The notes beneath the pieces are model-generated. The model ran no database searches. It was not told where the DNA came from and saw only the letters and a list, made by a program, of their open reading frames with translations. 64,000 bases of DNA, taken from Octopus vulgaris. Its lineage: Eukaryota. The stretch covers positions 106,020,001 through 106,084,000 of the forward strand of contig OX597822.1 in the NCBI GenBank assembly GCA_951406725.2, written 5' to 3'. This document shows, one piece after another, positions 43,851 through 57,859 of this stretch. The position numbers and the translations under genes were made by a program. How positions within the stretch are numbered: position 1 is the stretch's first letter; the number at the start of each line of letters is the position of its first letter.

Positions 43851-44045
43851 TATATAGAAGGAGCTTCTACAGGACTAGTACTGTTTCATTCAAGAGAAAT
43901 CTTCAAGAGAAAGCTTCCTGAAGATTTCTCTTGAATGAAACAGTACTAGTCCTGTAGAAGCTCCTTCTATATAATAAATTAATTTTACTCTGCTATGTAT
44001 TGAGTACCTTATTTACTGTGGTTAACCCCGAATCAACCCAGGACC

Positions 44046-44048
<3 letters not shown>
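43845..44048 (+). mobile_element. Penelope-type pseudo-LTR remnant with a perfect inverted arm, inside (TA)n
   Basis: 61-bp perfect inverted repeat (43845-43905 / 43919-43979) overlapping a hammerhead; (TA)n on both sides. Confidence 0.7.
43912..43962 (+). ncRNA. Type I hammerhead ribozyme candidate
   Basis: AGCTTC-CTGAAGA-T-TTC(TCTT)GAA-T-GAA-ACAG(TACTAGTC)CTGT-A-GAAGCT: 6-bp stem I, intact core, 4-bp stem III, GUA cleavage site after 43956. The stem II closing pair is U-U. Confidence 0.7.
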
Positions 44049-44081
<33 letters not shown>

Positions 44082-44419
44082 ACAAAATAAGATGGCAAAG
44101 AAATAAACGATCATCTTATGAACTTCATTGGATTACAACTATTTCTGCTTCATATTCGAGGCTCCGGTGAAGCTACACGTCTCTCAACTCAGGCTCTCAA
44201 CTGTGAGTTCACTGCACCTTATAGCAGAAACAGTCGTAAGCTAATGAACTTCATAAGATTTATTCCGTTTATTCCTTCACCATCCCATTTTCTTATTTCC
44301 GCTCTGGACTTGACTAAGACTTCATTCTGAAGCATATGCATATTGAGTTCTACTCCAAATCGCTACACCCGGTTCTACACCAATCTCACGATACCCGAGT
44401 GACATTTATATATTTCTTT

Positions 44420-44709
44420 CGTCATTTACTTATATGACAGTCATTAGATTACAGCCATGCTGTGACAGTGTCCTGAGGAATCTTAGTCAAACGAATACCC
44501 TGGTACTTATTTTCTAAACCCTGGTAACTATTCTATCATACTGCTTTACCGGGCTATTTTAGTTATGGCGATGTAAATACATCAGCACCGGCTATCATAT
44601 TCATTCACAAAGCTTTAGGTGGCCTGAGGAGAGAATACAAGATACTTACACAAGATTCCACGCTGTAGAACTAAACCCAGAAGCATGTGGATGGGAAACA
44701 GATGCATGT

Positions 44710-44710
<1 letters not shown>
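44420..44710 (-). mobile_element. Old CORE-like SINE
   Basis: Diverged homolog of 19700-20099. Confidence 0.6.
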
Positions 44711-44750
<40 letters not shown>

Positions 44751-44777
44751 ATATATATACATATATATATATGTGTA

Positions 44778-45696
<919 letters not shown>

Positions 45697-46632
45697 TATA
45701 TATATAAATTGCAAAAGAATCGGGGGAGCGGGGAGGGAGAATATGTCTAAGCTTCCATATACATTAGTCAATAGGGTTGTGAATATTTTCCGATATCTCA
45801 CGAATTAAAAATCTCCTTGAATGAAATGAAAAGTCAGTTTTTCAAATTGATTTTTCCGTATGGGGTGCAATGAAGAAAATAAAACCCAAATTAACGGTTA
45901 TTAAAAGTTACAGAATCAATAGTAATGCGGCATCTGAGAAATAAAAATTTATAAACACTAAAGATCAAATGAAACCGTCTTTTACTGGGTGTCAAGTTAT
46001 TTATTTTTAATGTTGATATAAAGCAATAAAAATATGACTATTAAGAACCTTGATTATCTCCCATTATAATTTTAATAAAACTTTCTAACGAATATCGTTA
46101 AAACTATTATTACGAAATGATCAATATTTCAGTCTTTAATAATATTAATGGCATGATAATGCACACATATAGGGACTGTACATGTAATCATTTGCATTCC
46201 TATATATACGTATGTTTATATATATATATATAAGGCGCGAACTTGTAATGATCTCTTGGATGTTGGCTGATGATGAATAAGCTACGAAGTTTCTGTTTAT
46301 TTTGTTTCTTTAATATTTCCGTTTGTTGTTTTGTTTTCGTGAAATTTTTGCAAATATATTTATGTAATGCTAAGCAATCCTGATTTCGGTACTTATACAT
46401 ATATGCGTATGACCATGCATTCATTGCCTGTCACAAAACCTATTATATGTATTTAGCCTGCACTTCTTATATTATTATCTTTCTCTAGGTATGCCTCTTT
46501 TCTACTCTCAATTTCCCGCCTCTCTACGTTATAGAACATGAATGGAAATATCACTCAACCGACTAAACAACATTAATAGACTGGGGTTGGACAAAATATG
46601 GGAAAAACTTAGTCAAATAGAAGTTTGACAAT

Positions 46633-46816
46633 TATGTGACAATTATTCGGTAGCCATGATAAAACTCCGAGTTTTGGATGCCGAGGTGGAAATCCACGCC
46701 GCCATCTCTTTAGTTATTCGGCCATCGGGAAAAATACTATGAAAAATGACCGTGGATTTTCACCTCGGCATCCGAAACTCGGAATTTTATCATGGCTACC
46801 GAATAATTGTCACATA
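46633..46816. repeat. Fold-back element (66-bp arms, 3 mismatches, 52-nt spacer) containing a hammerhead-like motif
   Basis: Arms at 46633-46698 and 46751-46816. Confidence 0.85.
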
Positions 46817-46951
46817 TTATATTTATATATATATATATCATATCATATCAAAAGGGAAATGGAGTTTAATTAAATTTAAAATATTCAATCAAAATTTACA
46901 TTTTCAGTGGTCTAACGTGCAAAAAATTTGTGAAAAAGACTATATATTAAT

Positions 46952-47217
46952 TATACGATAGTGTAAAATTATACACATAAGGAATCTACACCTAGGGTGA
47001 AGATTCAGCGCATTAGAGAGCCACAAAAATAATGGATAAGATTCGACAGAAACAAAAATTTGAAAATGAAAAACATTTACGATTTATGTTTTTCAAATGT
47101 TTTTCATTTTCAAATTTTTGTTTCTGTCGAATTCTTATCCATTGTTTTTGTGGCTCTCTAATGCGCTGAATCTTCACCCTAGGTGTAGATTCCTCATGTG
47201 TATAATTTTACACTATC

Positions 47218-47222
<5 letters not shown>
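46952..47222. repeat. Fold-back element (~127-bp arms, 16-nt loop) next to (TA)n
   Basis: Arms at 46952-47078 and 47095-47222; 2 mismatches and 1 indel. Confidence 0.9.
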
Positions 47223-47264
<42 letters not shown>

Positions 47265-49729
47265 GTATATATATATATATATGTTATCATACATACATTA
47301 TGATTGTGCATACATATTTTTGAAGAATTTTATTATGCTCTTATTTAAATAGCCATACATTATTCAATCGCTATCTAATTTTTAAAGGAATAAAAAATTT
47401 GTTTAATTACATCGTAGAAAAACGCTTAATGTACACTTTTGATATCCACTTTTCGTAACATCATATGATACTACTCTGTACATTTTGTTGAAATATTATA
47501 TACTATCGGGAATTGTCAACTAACATCATTGTAGGTCAACAACGTGGTCATTGATAAAATTTCACTGCAATAATAGTACAACACCTGAGACGCAACAGTA
47601 AATAATACTCTACGAAAATATAACAAAAATTCAATATAAATTTACTTGCATGTTTTAAATGAATCTACCATCATGTTATTATTTCAATCTCAGTCGACGA
47701 GCTCAGTTAAAAACACTTATGAAATTAGTAATTTGTGAAAATAGTGAAATATCCTGTTCAAGATCACTTCTCTCTTATACGATATTGATTCATATTAGAT
47801 AGGTGTGATTCAATTTCTGCAGTTAAGGATTTAAACAAATATTTGAACACCTGTAATTTCTTATTCTGGTAAAATGAAAAAAATGTTGACTTAAGTGGGA
47901 TTTAACTAGAAGCCGCAGAAAACAACTCTGAGCAGTGAAGTTGAAATCATTATCTCCCTTTATTTCTTAGAACCTCATTGCTGTTATGTCACAGTTTGTT
48001 CCATTTGCGAATGGACACTGATTTTAAATCAATCGTCCCCATGACATTTATGATCGCCGCTACAGGAAGAAAAGTTGTCATCTACAAGATTTTAACTTTA
48101 AAAGTAAAATTAAATCATTTAATGTGAGCTGTACTCATTCAGACATTTTACTTACTTAACCATAGAATGAAACACAAATAATCAGTTTTATCTTCTGACA
48201 ATGTCAATCGTTTCTGATCCGTGTAACTCACCTTACATTAAACTACATTAACCGTTAATTCAATGGCCTTTACTTCGTTTGGTTTCTACTGGTAATGTTT
48301 AATTATCTGTCGCTTAAACTACTTACAAGTATTTCTCACCAGTATATCGTGACGAATTACTGTTCAATTTTTCGTTATTTTAATTCTCTCTTAACAGCAT
48401 TACAAACTTCCATAGGCCATCTGTCATTTCGTGTCGGCTTGCTTTAATATTATTAAATCCTTGACGCATCATTTCCTGGCGCTGGCTTTCAGTAACTCTT
48501 TTTCAGATAATATTTTCTTGACTGTTTCTCATTTTACAGAATTAATATTATCACACACATATATTCAGATCTGTTTGCGTAGAGATCTTTATTCTATAGC
48601 CTAAGACAGGCAGATTGGAATGATGAATAATCACATTATTCAAATCTATCATTTATATGACACACTACAAAACGTGAAGCACCAAACGCACTTGTATCTG
48701 GACAATATTAGTGGAATGACCGATAACTTATTATAATCAAACTAAATTTATCTTAATACAAGTCATTTCCCTTTTTATTACGACGGTTTGAAGTTATTTG
48801 TTTGATATAAACCAAAAAAAAAATGGTTGATAGAAAAACGTTATCATGAAAAATAAATCAAAGTGAAAAAAAATAACGTCCATCTTTACAGCAAAATAAC
48901 TTCATCATTAACTAAAATTAAATAAATTGTCCAATGATGAAAACCGACCGAAGATGTCTGGTAGGAAATTATCGGTAGTTATCTAATAAAAATCAAAATT
49001 GCGGCTATTTATGGAGCAAATTTCATATAATTTAGTGAAGCTTAACTAATGGATGGAATTATTTCTTCAAACCGGAAAAACATCTTTTAAAATAGCTTTT
49101 GCACTTTATTTATTTTACATTCTTCGACAATTTGTTTCCAGTTATAAAGTATACACTTTTATAGAGAGAACGCAAAACTATATTAAGTAGATGGAGAAAG
49201 GAATATAGAAATACGAGTGCGTATATGTATATGTGTGTGTGTGTGTATTCATATACACATATATATATATACATATACATCTATATATTTGTGTGTGTGT
49301 GTGTGTATATTCATTAATTTTCTTTTTCCTTTTTCCTAATTTTCTAAATTGTTAAAATTAATAACATTTTATCCCACCTTATTGTTATATAGACGTAACG
49401 ATCTAAATAGAGGCACACTTTGCTTCACCATTTCCTTTTAAATAAATGAAAAACGAAATAGAGAAAGCAGAAAAGTTATGTGAGAATTCAGTGATGACAG
49501 ATACAACTAAACACTATTCGTTTAATTCAACAATAATGATTACTTTGGACTAAGCTCGCAGCCAGTTTTGCTCAAAAGATGGGGTTTCATTAATACAATC
49601 AAACGTTATAGTGCAGTGCACCATTGGAATTCATTATATCAACATTAGAATTATAAAACAAAATATCAATATTCATTGCCTTTTACACACACACTCACGC
49701 TCGCGTACATAGATGCACATTCTTGCATA

Positions 49730-49791
<62 letters not shown>

Positions 49792-50004
49792 AAGTATGTA
49801 CATTCACGTGTAGATATGTGTCCGGGGCTAATCACCCAACCCATGAAGCCACAAGTGACTATGAAATCTTCAGTGAGTCGAGGATTATACCCATCTCATT
49901 TTAAATATGATTCTAGATATTTATGCGTGTATATATGTGTGTGTGTGTGTATGTATGTATGCCTGTATGCATGTATGTATGTATGTATACACGTGTGTGT
50001 GTCC

Positions 50005-50356
50005 TTCCCAACCATAAAGTTGCGAGTTCAGTCTCACTGCGTGGCAGCTTGAAAGAGTGTGAGTGGGTCAGGTAGGCGGAAATTGAAAGAAGCCCGTCGT
50101 ATATATATATATATATATATATATATGCATGTATGTATGTATGTATGTATGTATACATCTATATGTTTGTGCCTTTGCGTCTTTTTCTCCCCTACCACCG
50201 CTTGACAACATAGCGGTTCGGCAGAAAGATTCGATAAAATAAGTACGAAGCTTTAGAAAATATGTCCTGTAGTCGATTTGTTCGACTAAAACGCTACAAG
50301 GGGTTACCCCAGCATGGCCGCAGCCACATAATTGAATCGAGTAAAAGATAAAAGAT
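50005..50356 (+). mobile_element. CORE-like SINE (diverged)
   Basis: Homology to the 19700-20099 family. Confidence 0.6.
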
Positions 50357-50399
50357 GTGTGTGTGTGCGTGCGTGTGTGTATGCGTATTATTTTTTAGT

Positions 50400-50745
50400 G
50401 CGGATATGCCGGAACACCGTCTTCAAGAATCTTTAGTCGACTGTTTCGACCCCGGTACATCTTTTTTAAAGCCTGGTACTTAGTCTATCGGATCCTTTTG
50501 CCGAACCACAGATTACTGTACGTAAACACACTAGTACCGGTTGCCAAGCAATGGCGGGGCGAACACAAACACAAAGCTACACATACATTGATATGCGTAT
50601 ATATATATATATATGCCGGATGAAGTTTTTTTAGTTCCCGTCAACCAAATACTCTGACGAAGCATTTCTTCGGCCCGATGCAATAGTCGAAGACAAGATG
50701 TCACGCAATGGGACTTAACCCGGAACCTTGTGGTTCTACGCCTAT
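50400..50745 (-). mobile_element. CORE-like SINE (diverged), inverted relative to its neighbour
   Basis: Homology to the 19700-20099 family. Confidence 0.6.
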
Positions 50746-50771
50746 ATGCATGCATATATATATATTGATTC

Positions 50772-50818
<47 letters not shown>

Positions 50819-50825
<7 letters not shown>

Positions 50826-51126
50826 ACCACATGACCGACCAGGCCATTAGATGTTGCTACACATCGCTGGTCCCAATGCACTTCACATTGTTTTCGCCTT
50901 CAATGATGCCACCCCGCTGGCTAAGCGAACAGGTCAAGAGAAGAAAGAGTGAGAAAAAGTTGTGACGAAAGAGTACAGCAGGGATCGCCCACCACCCCTG
51001 CCGGAGCATCGTGGAGTTTTAGGTGTTTTCGCTCAATAAACACTCACAACGCCCGGTCTGGGAATAGAAATTGCGATCCTACGACTGCGAGTCCGCTGCC
51101 CCAACCTCTGAGCCATTGCGCCTCCA
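50819..51126 (-). mobile_element. tRNA-derived SINE, alternative-tail subfamily, full length
   Basis: Same head as 3328; different 3' half ending GGTCACGTGAT(AT)n; TATATTGATTCCGATATAT duplicated on both sides. Confidence 0.85.
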
Positions 51127-51150
51127 TATATATTGATTCCGATATATGTA

Positions 51151-51219
<69 letters not shown>

Positions 51220-51238
51220 ATATATATATACATATATT

Positions 51239-51270
<32 letters not shown>

Positions 51271-51282
51271 AATCTATATACT

Positions 51283-51376
<94 letters not shown>

Positions 51377-51707
51377 TGCTAGGTCATTAATTTTAAGGGC
51401 AGTTTATAATTGATCGGATCGAAGTGTTGTGTAGCCGGTTGAATCGGCGCCACTACATTTTGCTGTTTGCTTTGATTATCGACCCAGGAGGATGAAAATC
51501 AAAGTTAGTTTCTGGTGAACCGAATCCGTATCTCGAGTTCCAGAAATAGTTTTCGATATCCTATTTCCTTTACTTTGTGAATTGAATTGGGAATTGTATA
51601 AAAATCATAAGACTCTCCCACTTTCTTTCTCTCTTTCTTTCCCTAAATGTGTGTGTGTGTGTATCCATATATGTGTTTACATATGTATATATATATAAAT
51701 ATATCTG

Positions 51708-51755
<48 letters not shown>

Positions 51756-51892
51756 CATATATACACACACGTATACACACAGTCTGAATATATAGACATA
51801 AATATAAATATGAGGCTCTGTCTCTCTCTCTTTCTCTCTCTCACTCTTACACACTTTCCCTGTTTCTCCTTCTCTCTCCCCTCGCTCGCTCA

Positions 51893-51923
<31 letters not shown>

Positions 51924-52006
51924 GTATGTATGTATGTATGTGTGTATGTATGTCTGTATAAATACATATATATATATGTATATATATGCATGTGTATATG
52001 TGTATA

Positions 52007-52068
<62 letters not shown>

Positions 52069-52446
52069 GAAACAGGCATTCTCATAAGTGTCAATAGTGT
52101 GTGTATGGGGTGAGGTATATATTTGTGTGTGTATATTCGTATGTGTATTTATCAATACTTGGAAATTTCTGCAAACTTTCTGAAGTTTGCTTCTTATAGA
52201 TAATATAACGCAACACATAATTCGTATTGCTAATTTGATTTGTCTATGCAGCCATTACGTCGTCAAGTCTGTACAAGTATTAGGAATATTAATTCTTCCC
52301 TTATTCACGTTCATCAATGCATTTCTCTGAAACCTAGCGATATTTAGTCTTATAAGATTTGTAATTATGCAATTGTTATTTACCACTATTCCTAACCGTT
52401 CGTAATATATTCGGAATATCCTCCAATGTGTCTTACATACAATTTA

Positions 52447-52480
<34 letters not shown>

Positions 52481-53235
52481 GCGAAGATCAACGTTATGCT
52501 TTTATGTTTCGTTATATAAATAAGTTTATCAACTAAAACACATTTGTTTTTGTTATTATTATTAGATTTTTTTTTTCGTGTGAAAAGATTAATCATCCAT
52601 TGTAATTTAATGAGCTGTATATTTATAATGATATATTTGAGCTATGAAAATGTCTTGCCTTCTAACGAGATGGTGATGTGTGTTGCAAATTCGAACGGCA
52701 TCGCTCAATTATTTATTCTCTAAACAATTCTGTTTCCCATCGCTAGCTAATGTATAACCACGGACATTTATTTAGTAAGTGATTTTCTCATTAATACTGC
52801 AAGCAACTGTACTGAAGTCTATGCTTCATTGATGAGTTTACATCAAATCCGAGATATATCCGGTGTTGCTTTTCCGTACTAGCTGAAAATTGAAAATAAT
52901 TATCGTTGACTAATATCATTTTTACCCTCATATCATTATTATGTCTAGTTGTTATTTAATGTTCTACGCATTAAATATGTTGAATCTTAATAGGATTCAT
53001 ATTACAGGAACTTCATTCTTTATTGACTCCAATATAATAACGAACTAAGTGTTTGCTCATAGAATTTATACTGTAAATGTGAAGCTTCCTAAAGCATACG
53101 TACGCCTATAAATAAATGCAGGCGTAGCTGTGTGGTTGAGACGTTCGCCACGCAACCACAAAGTTTTGAGTTTAGTCCCACCAAACAGCCCTTTAAACAA
53201 GCGTGTTCAACTTAGCCCTGGACCCACCAATACCT

Positions 53236-53463
53236 ATTTCTTTATTGCCCACAAGGGGCTAAACACAGAGAGGACAAACAAGGACAGACATAGGTATTAA
53301 GTCGATTACATCGACCCCAGTGCGTAACTGGTACTTAATTTATTGACCCCGAAAGGATGAAAGGCAAAGTCGACCTCGGCGGAATTTGAACTCACAACGT
53401 AGCGAAAGACGAAATACGGCTACGCATTTCGCCCGGCGTGCTAACGTTTCTGCCAGCTCGCCG
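53236..53463 (-). mobile_element. SINE, AGGCGGCGAGCTGG family, nested in an older CORE-like SINE (about 53120-53510)
   Basis: TSD CCAATACCT. Confidence 0.85.
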
Positions 53464-54949
53464 CCAATACCTTGTGAATAAATTTACTAAACGGAAGCTG
53501 TGAAAAGATTGTCATGTTTATAGAGTTGTCTTGTTATATTTCTTGCGAGTGTATGCGTTCTGATTTCAAAACCTACCGTGGTCAACTCTGCCTTTTATCG
53601 CTTCGGAGTCCAAAAAATTAAATGCAATTACTGAGTGCAGAATTTGCTGTAATATTGTCGTAATAGTGTCTTTCAAGATTCCTCTCGGCCCTCTACATTC
53701 TGAGTTCTTGGTTTATAAATATAGTCCGTACCGCTGTTTAACGCAGCTCCTGTCTTTAATGCGTATAGTAGAGCCCATTATGTTGCACGCCTTCACATAA
53801 TAACATTCTCCTTTCTTTGCACCAATCTCGGGAGACCTCAGAGAAGAGGTCGTAATCAATGCGTTTTTTTTTTGTCCTCGACGAATAGCTAAAATTAAAA
53901 CTATAATATAAATGAAATATTTCCAATTTTTGTGAAAGAGGCAATTAGCAATTTGTACAAATTATTTGAACATTGGATAGAATGCCTCGCGTTATGCGTT
54001 CCGGATTTCTGGCAACTGAATTCAAACAAGGCGAAGATAAACTTGAAGTTGCAGTACACGTTGATGGATTTGCTTAATGGTTGCAGCATCAGGCAGCATG
54101 GCTTGCAATATCAGTACTAAGTCTTTGTTGTTACGGCGGAAATTTCTGTGAAGTCACTAATACCAAGATGGATCAGTTGTACGAAAACGGGAGGTATGAA
54201 TTTATAACCTAACATAAAACTATTTGGTGGACGCCTGCGCTTTTAAGAACAATATTCCAAGTACAGATACGTTGTCCTACAAGACATATTAGGGATGGCT
54301 ATAATATTGCAACACCCATAAATAATTAATCCTTACAGTTTATCAAGTCACAATCTTCTACAAATGCTGGATTATAACAATAATTTATAATACATGCTGA
54401 TGTATCGCAATATTGCCAGTTGGATTTATCTTCTGACACGATGGTGCCACTAAATATTATCGAACCTGGCAAGAACTGAGTAATTATAAATTGTGTTTGG
54501 TTATCTGAAAGTGCTGCTTTTATAATCCCCACATTATGCTTAGCGTTTTTTTACCTTTTTGTTATTATACTTTCGTTATTATTTCTTTCTTGATGTTGGT
54601 CTAGTATGGTTAAAATCAACACATGCTTCCACTTTTAATATGCACTTTTAAGCCATTTTTGACTTTCAACTTATTTTCTCTCTATCAAATCTAACAGAGT
54701 AACCGTCATGGGATGGGTTCTCTCTCCATTTTTAGGTTTCCTTTGTATCATTTGGAATTCTGCTTTTATCTATAGGTTTTCTTATCTGTTTTTGCAGGTG
54801 ATTTCCTTACCTAATTTTATTTCTTATAGATGGGTACTGGTGTAGGTATGTCGCGCAGGCGCTGCTATGAGGCACATGTGCGGCTGTGAGACGCATTTGG
54901 CTTTTAGGCGCAGGCTTGTCTGTGAGGTACAAGTGTGGCTGTTAAGAGC

Positions 54950-55315
54950 AAAGCGTGACTATGTGTTAAAAAGTGTACTTTCCAACCACATGATTCAGGA
55001 TTCAGTCCTACTGCATGGCACCTTAGGCAGGTGTCTTGTGGGAGAGCTGCTAGAGGAGAACTGAAAGAAGCCCGTGTGTGTATGTGTTTGTGTGTGTGTG
55101 TTTGTGTGTGTGTATGTCATCACCGCTTGTCAACTGGTGAAGGTGTATTTACGTCCCCGTAATCTAGCAGTTCAGTAAAATAGAACCGATTGAATAAGTA
55201 CCAGTCTTTGAAAAAATAAGTAGTGGAGCCGTTTCTATCGACTAAAATTCTTCAACACGGTACCTCAGAATGGGTGAGACTAACGACAGAATCATGTACG
55301 GGATAAAAGATAAAA
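54950..55315 (+). mobile_element. CORE-like SINE (diverged)
   Basis: GATTCAGTCCTACTGCATGGCACCTTAGGCAGGTGTC...AACTGAAAGAAGCCC... Confidence 0.65.
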
Positions 55316-55671
55316 TACACTTGCACTCAAGTTTGTATTTCATTATTTCGTTATATACAGAGAGAAAAGATTTTTCTTCTTGTATCCTCATTATAATAAT
55401 TGATTTCCTTTAGGTTACCTAGTGTAGCAATTTTTTTATTTGTACCCTTTTGGGTGAGTCATTATATTATTTGTGATATGAATTTTTTTTTTTCTAAATC
55501 AAGAAACTCTTCCAAAGTGAATTACTTATTAAGAATCCTTTAAGGAAAGTTGTCTTACTTTCAAGGGAAACATGCCTGACTTATCAGAAATTACATAGGA
55601 GTGAGAGTAGCGAACTAGCAGAGTTGTTAGAGCATCAGAAATAATGCCATACGGTATTTTTTACCGTACAA

Positions 55672-55902
55672 GGTGGCGAGCTGGCAGAAACGTTAGCACG
55701 CCGGGCGAAATGCGTAGCCGTATTTCGTCTGCCGTTACGTTGTGAGTTCAAATTCCGCCGCGGTCGACTGTGCCTTTCATCCTTTCGGGGTCGATTAAAT
55801 AAGTACCAGTTACGCACTGGGGTCGATGTAGTCGACTTAATCCATGTGTCTGTCCTTGTTTGTCCCCTCTGTGTTTAGCCCCTTGTGGGTAGTAAAGAAA
55901 TA
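55672..55902 (+). mobile_element. SINE, AGGCGGCGAGCTGG family (young), nested in an older relative
   Basis: 19-bp TSD GGTATTTTTTACCGTACAA at 55653-55671 and 55903-55921. Confidence 0.9.
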
Positions 55903-56831
55903 GGTATTTTTTACCGTACAAATCTAACAGAACTTATCTTCTGTTTCATTCATTCTGGGTCGATAAATAAAGCGCAAGTCCCTGATAATGGTTTAAAAGA
56001 ATTGTTAGTTCATCAAACAAGATACGTTGTGGTGTTTGTTCTAGGTTTTTAAATTATGATGTTGTTCTAGGTGTTAAATTATTAAGTCGGTCTTTGCCTT
56101 TCCAGTAGAGAACATCGATATCGTGTAATACGAGAGACAAAGAAGACCGTCAAGTAAGGGCAACTTGTCCGGGCCTGCGCTTTGAAAAGGAACGTTCCAG
56201 ATGAAGATAACGATTATAACAGCTGGCAAAAGCCATTGATTCATACAAATCACCGACACTTCATTAATAATCCGACAATTTATCAATTCGCTCATCTGCG
56301 GTTATCTTAATGTATTCTAAATTTTGCAAAACAGAACCGAGAAACTAATAACGGACTTTCTTTCATGATTCAAGTTGTCTATGATTAGACGTTCATTTCA
56401 ACTGTGCAGGGTATTTTACTAACAGCCATCATATTTTATTAACAAGATCATCATCACAGTAGGTTCGATTTCTAGGAGCAGGAATCGAACATTTGTTAAG
56501 GAAAATCCTCTATCTACTCTGATTTATTCATCAAACACCTTTCTATATTCATTTGTCATGATTTACTGCTAATATTTATAAAACTTTCAAATGAAAACGC
56601 GTCACACAACATTAATTATAGGATTTCCTTTGAGGTAATATTAATAAATTTACTTAATAAGAACGATTCAATTAATAAACATTAATGATTCAAACATTAA
56701 TGGTTCAAACAGCGATTTCTTTTCAGCAACCAAAGCCAAAACTATTTCTTGACGTTTATCCGTTTCTTTACGACCATTTTTATTCGAAGTTGTTTTATTG
56801 TTCTTTTGTTTCCTTCTATTCCTTTTAATAG

Positions 56832-57031
56832 CATTGCTGAGTGCCGCTATATTCGGTAATGTGTCTTCAATAATGTTACGGCTCTATCAAGGAACAGAAG
56901 AATATAATGAAAAAACAGAAAGTATCAAAGAATTTATCAACTTTCACCATTTACCAAAATCCTTGGCGAATAGACTGCAAGAATCATTCCAACATACCTG
57001 GTCATATACAAATGGTATAGATATGATGAGT
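56832..57031 (+). CDS. KCNH2: Next exon of the same Erg-like K+ channel: S6 C-terminal half and C-linker
   Basis: Acceptor ttttaatAG at 56830-56831. T+CA reconstitutes Ser, giving (MLLG)SLLSAAIFGNVSSIMLRLYQGT...FQHTWSYTNGIDMMS (hERG SLMYASIFGNV...FQHAWSYTNGIDMNA). Donor GTAAGT at 57032; 200 nt; phase matches the upstream exon. Confidence 0.95.
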
Positions 57032-57574
57032 GTAAGTAAAAAAATGTTCATATCTTTTATTGTTTTGAATGGCGTCTAAGTTGTTGTGAAGCTTGATCGA
57101 TCAGTGCCAAGATCAAAGACAGACTAGCTTTGGTCATCCTACCATTCTTAGAAATATCTAGAATTATATTATCTTATGTATTCTTCTTTGCTTTAAGATG
57201 CCAGGATGTGATTTTAATGTGACTCGAGTACTATTTCTTATATATTGTTCGTCTCAGTTGCTGGTTCCTGGTATCTTTCCCCTTTAAAGTTATCAAGCAT
57301 ATATAGGTATAAATAATAACATGTGAACACTCTTTACTTACCGAACTGTATGAAACTAATGTTGAAACCATAAATAAATTTCAGATATCACACAAAAGTT
57401 TCATTAAATATAATCTTCTACTTACGAGAATGAAGTCTTCACTATAAAAGTGAGTTGCGTTAAATATATATGTTTGTATGTGGTTGCATAATATATATAT
57501 ATACACAATACATATTGGACGTTTGTAATATAAATATATAATAGATATATATATACTATATATATATATATATA

Positions 57575-57760
57575 GGGAGATTTACGAAAAAAACAAAAGA
57601 CGAAGACAGGTGGTGTACAAAGCAGACAGATGTATTAGTATAACGCTCAGGAATAGAAAAAGTCTTTAACTTTTCGAGCCTACGCTCTTCTACAGAAAGG
57701 AACACAGAAAAAACAAGGAGAGAAAAAATGTGTGTAGTAGCTAACGATCTATCATGGCGA
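57575..57760 (-). mobile_element. Family A (TA)n-inserted hammerhead-like element
   Basis: Minus strand CTTT-CTGTAGA-A-GAGC-GTAG-GCTC-GAAAA-GTT-AAAG at 57699-57664. Confidence 0.75.
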
Positions 57761-57761
57761 C

Positions 57762-57859
<98 letters not shown>

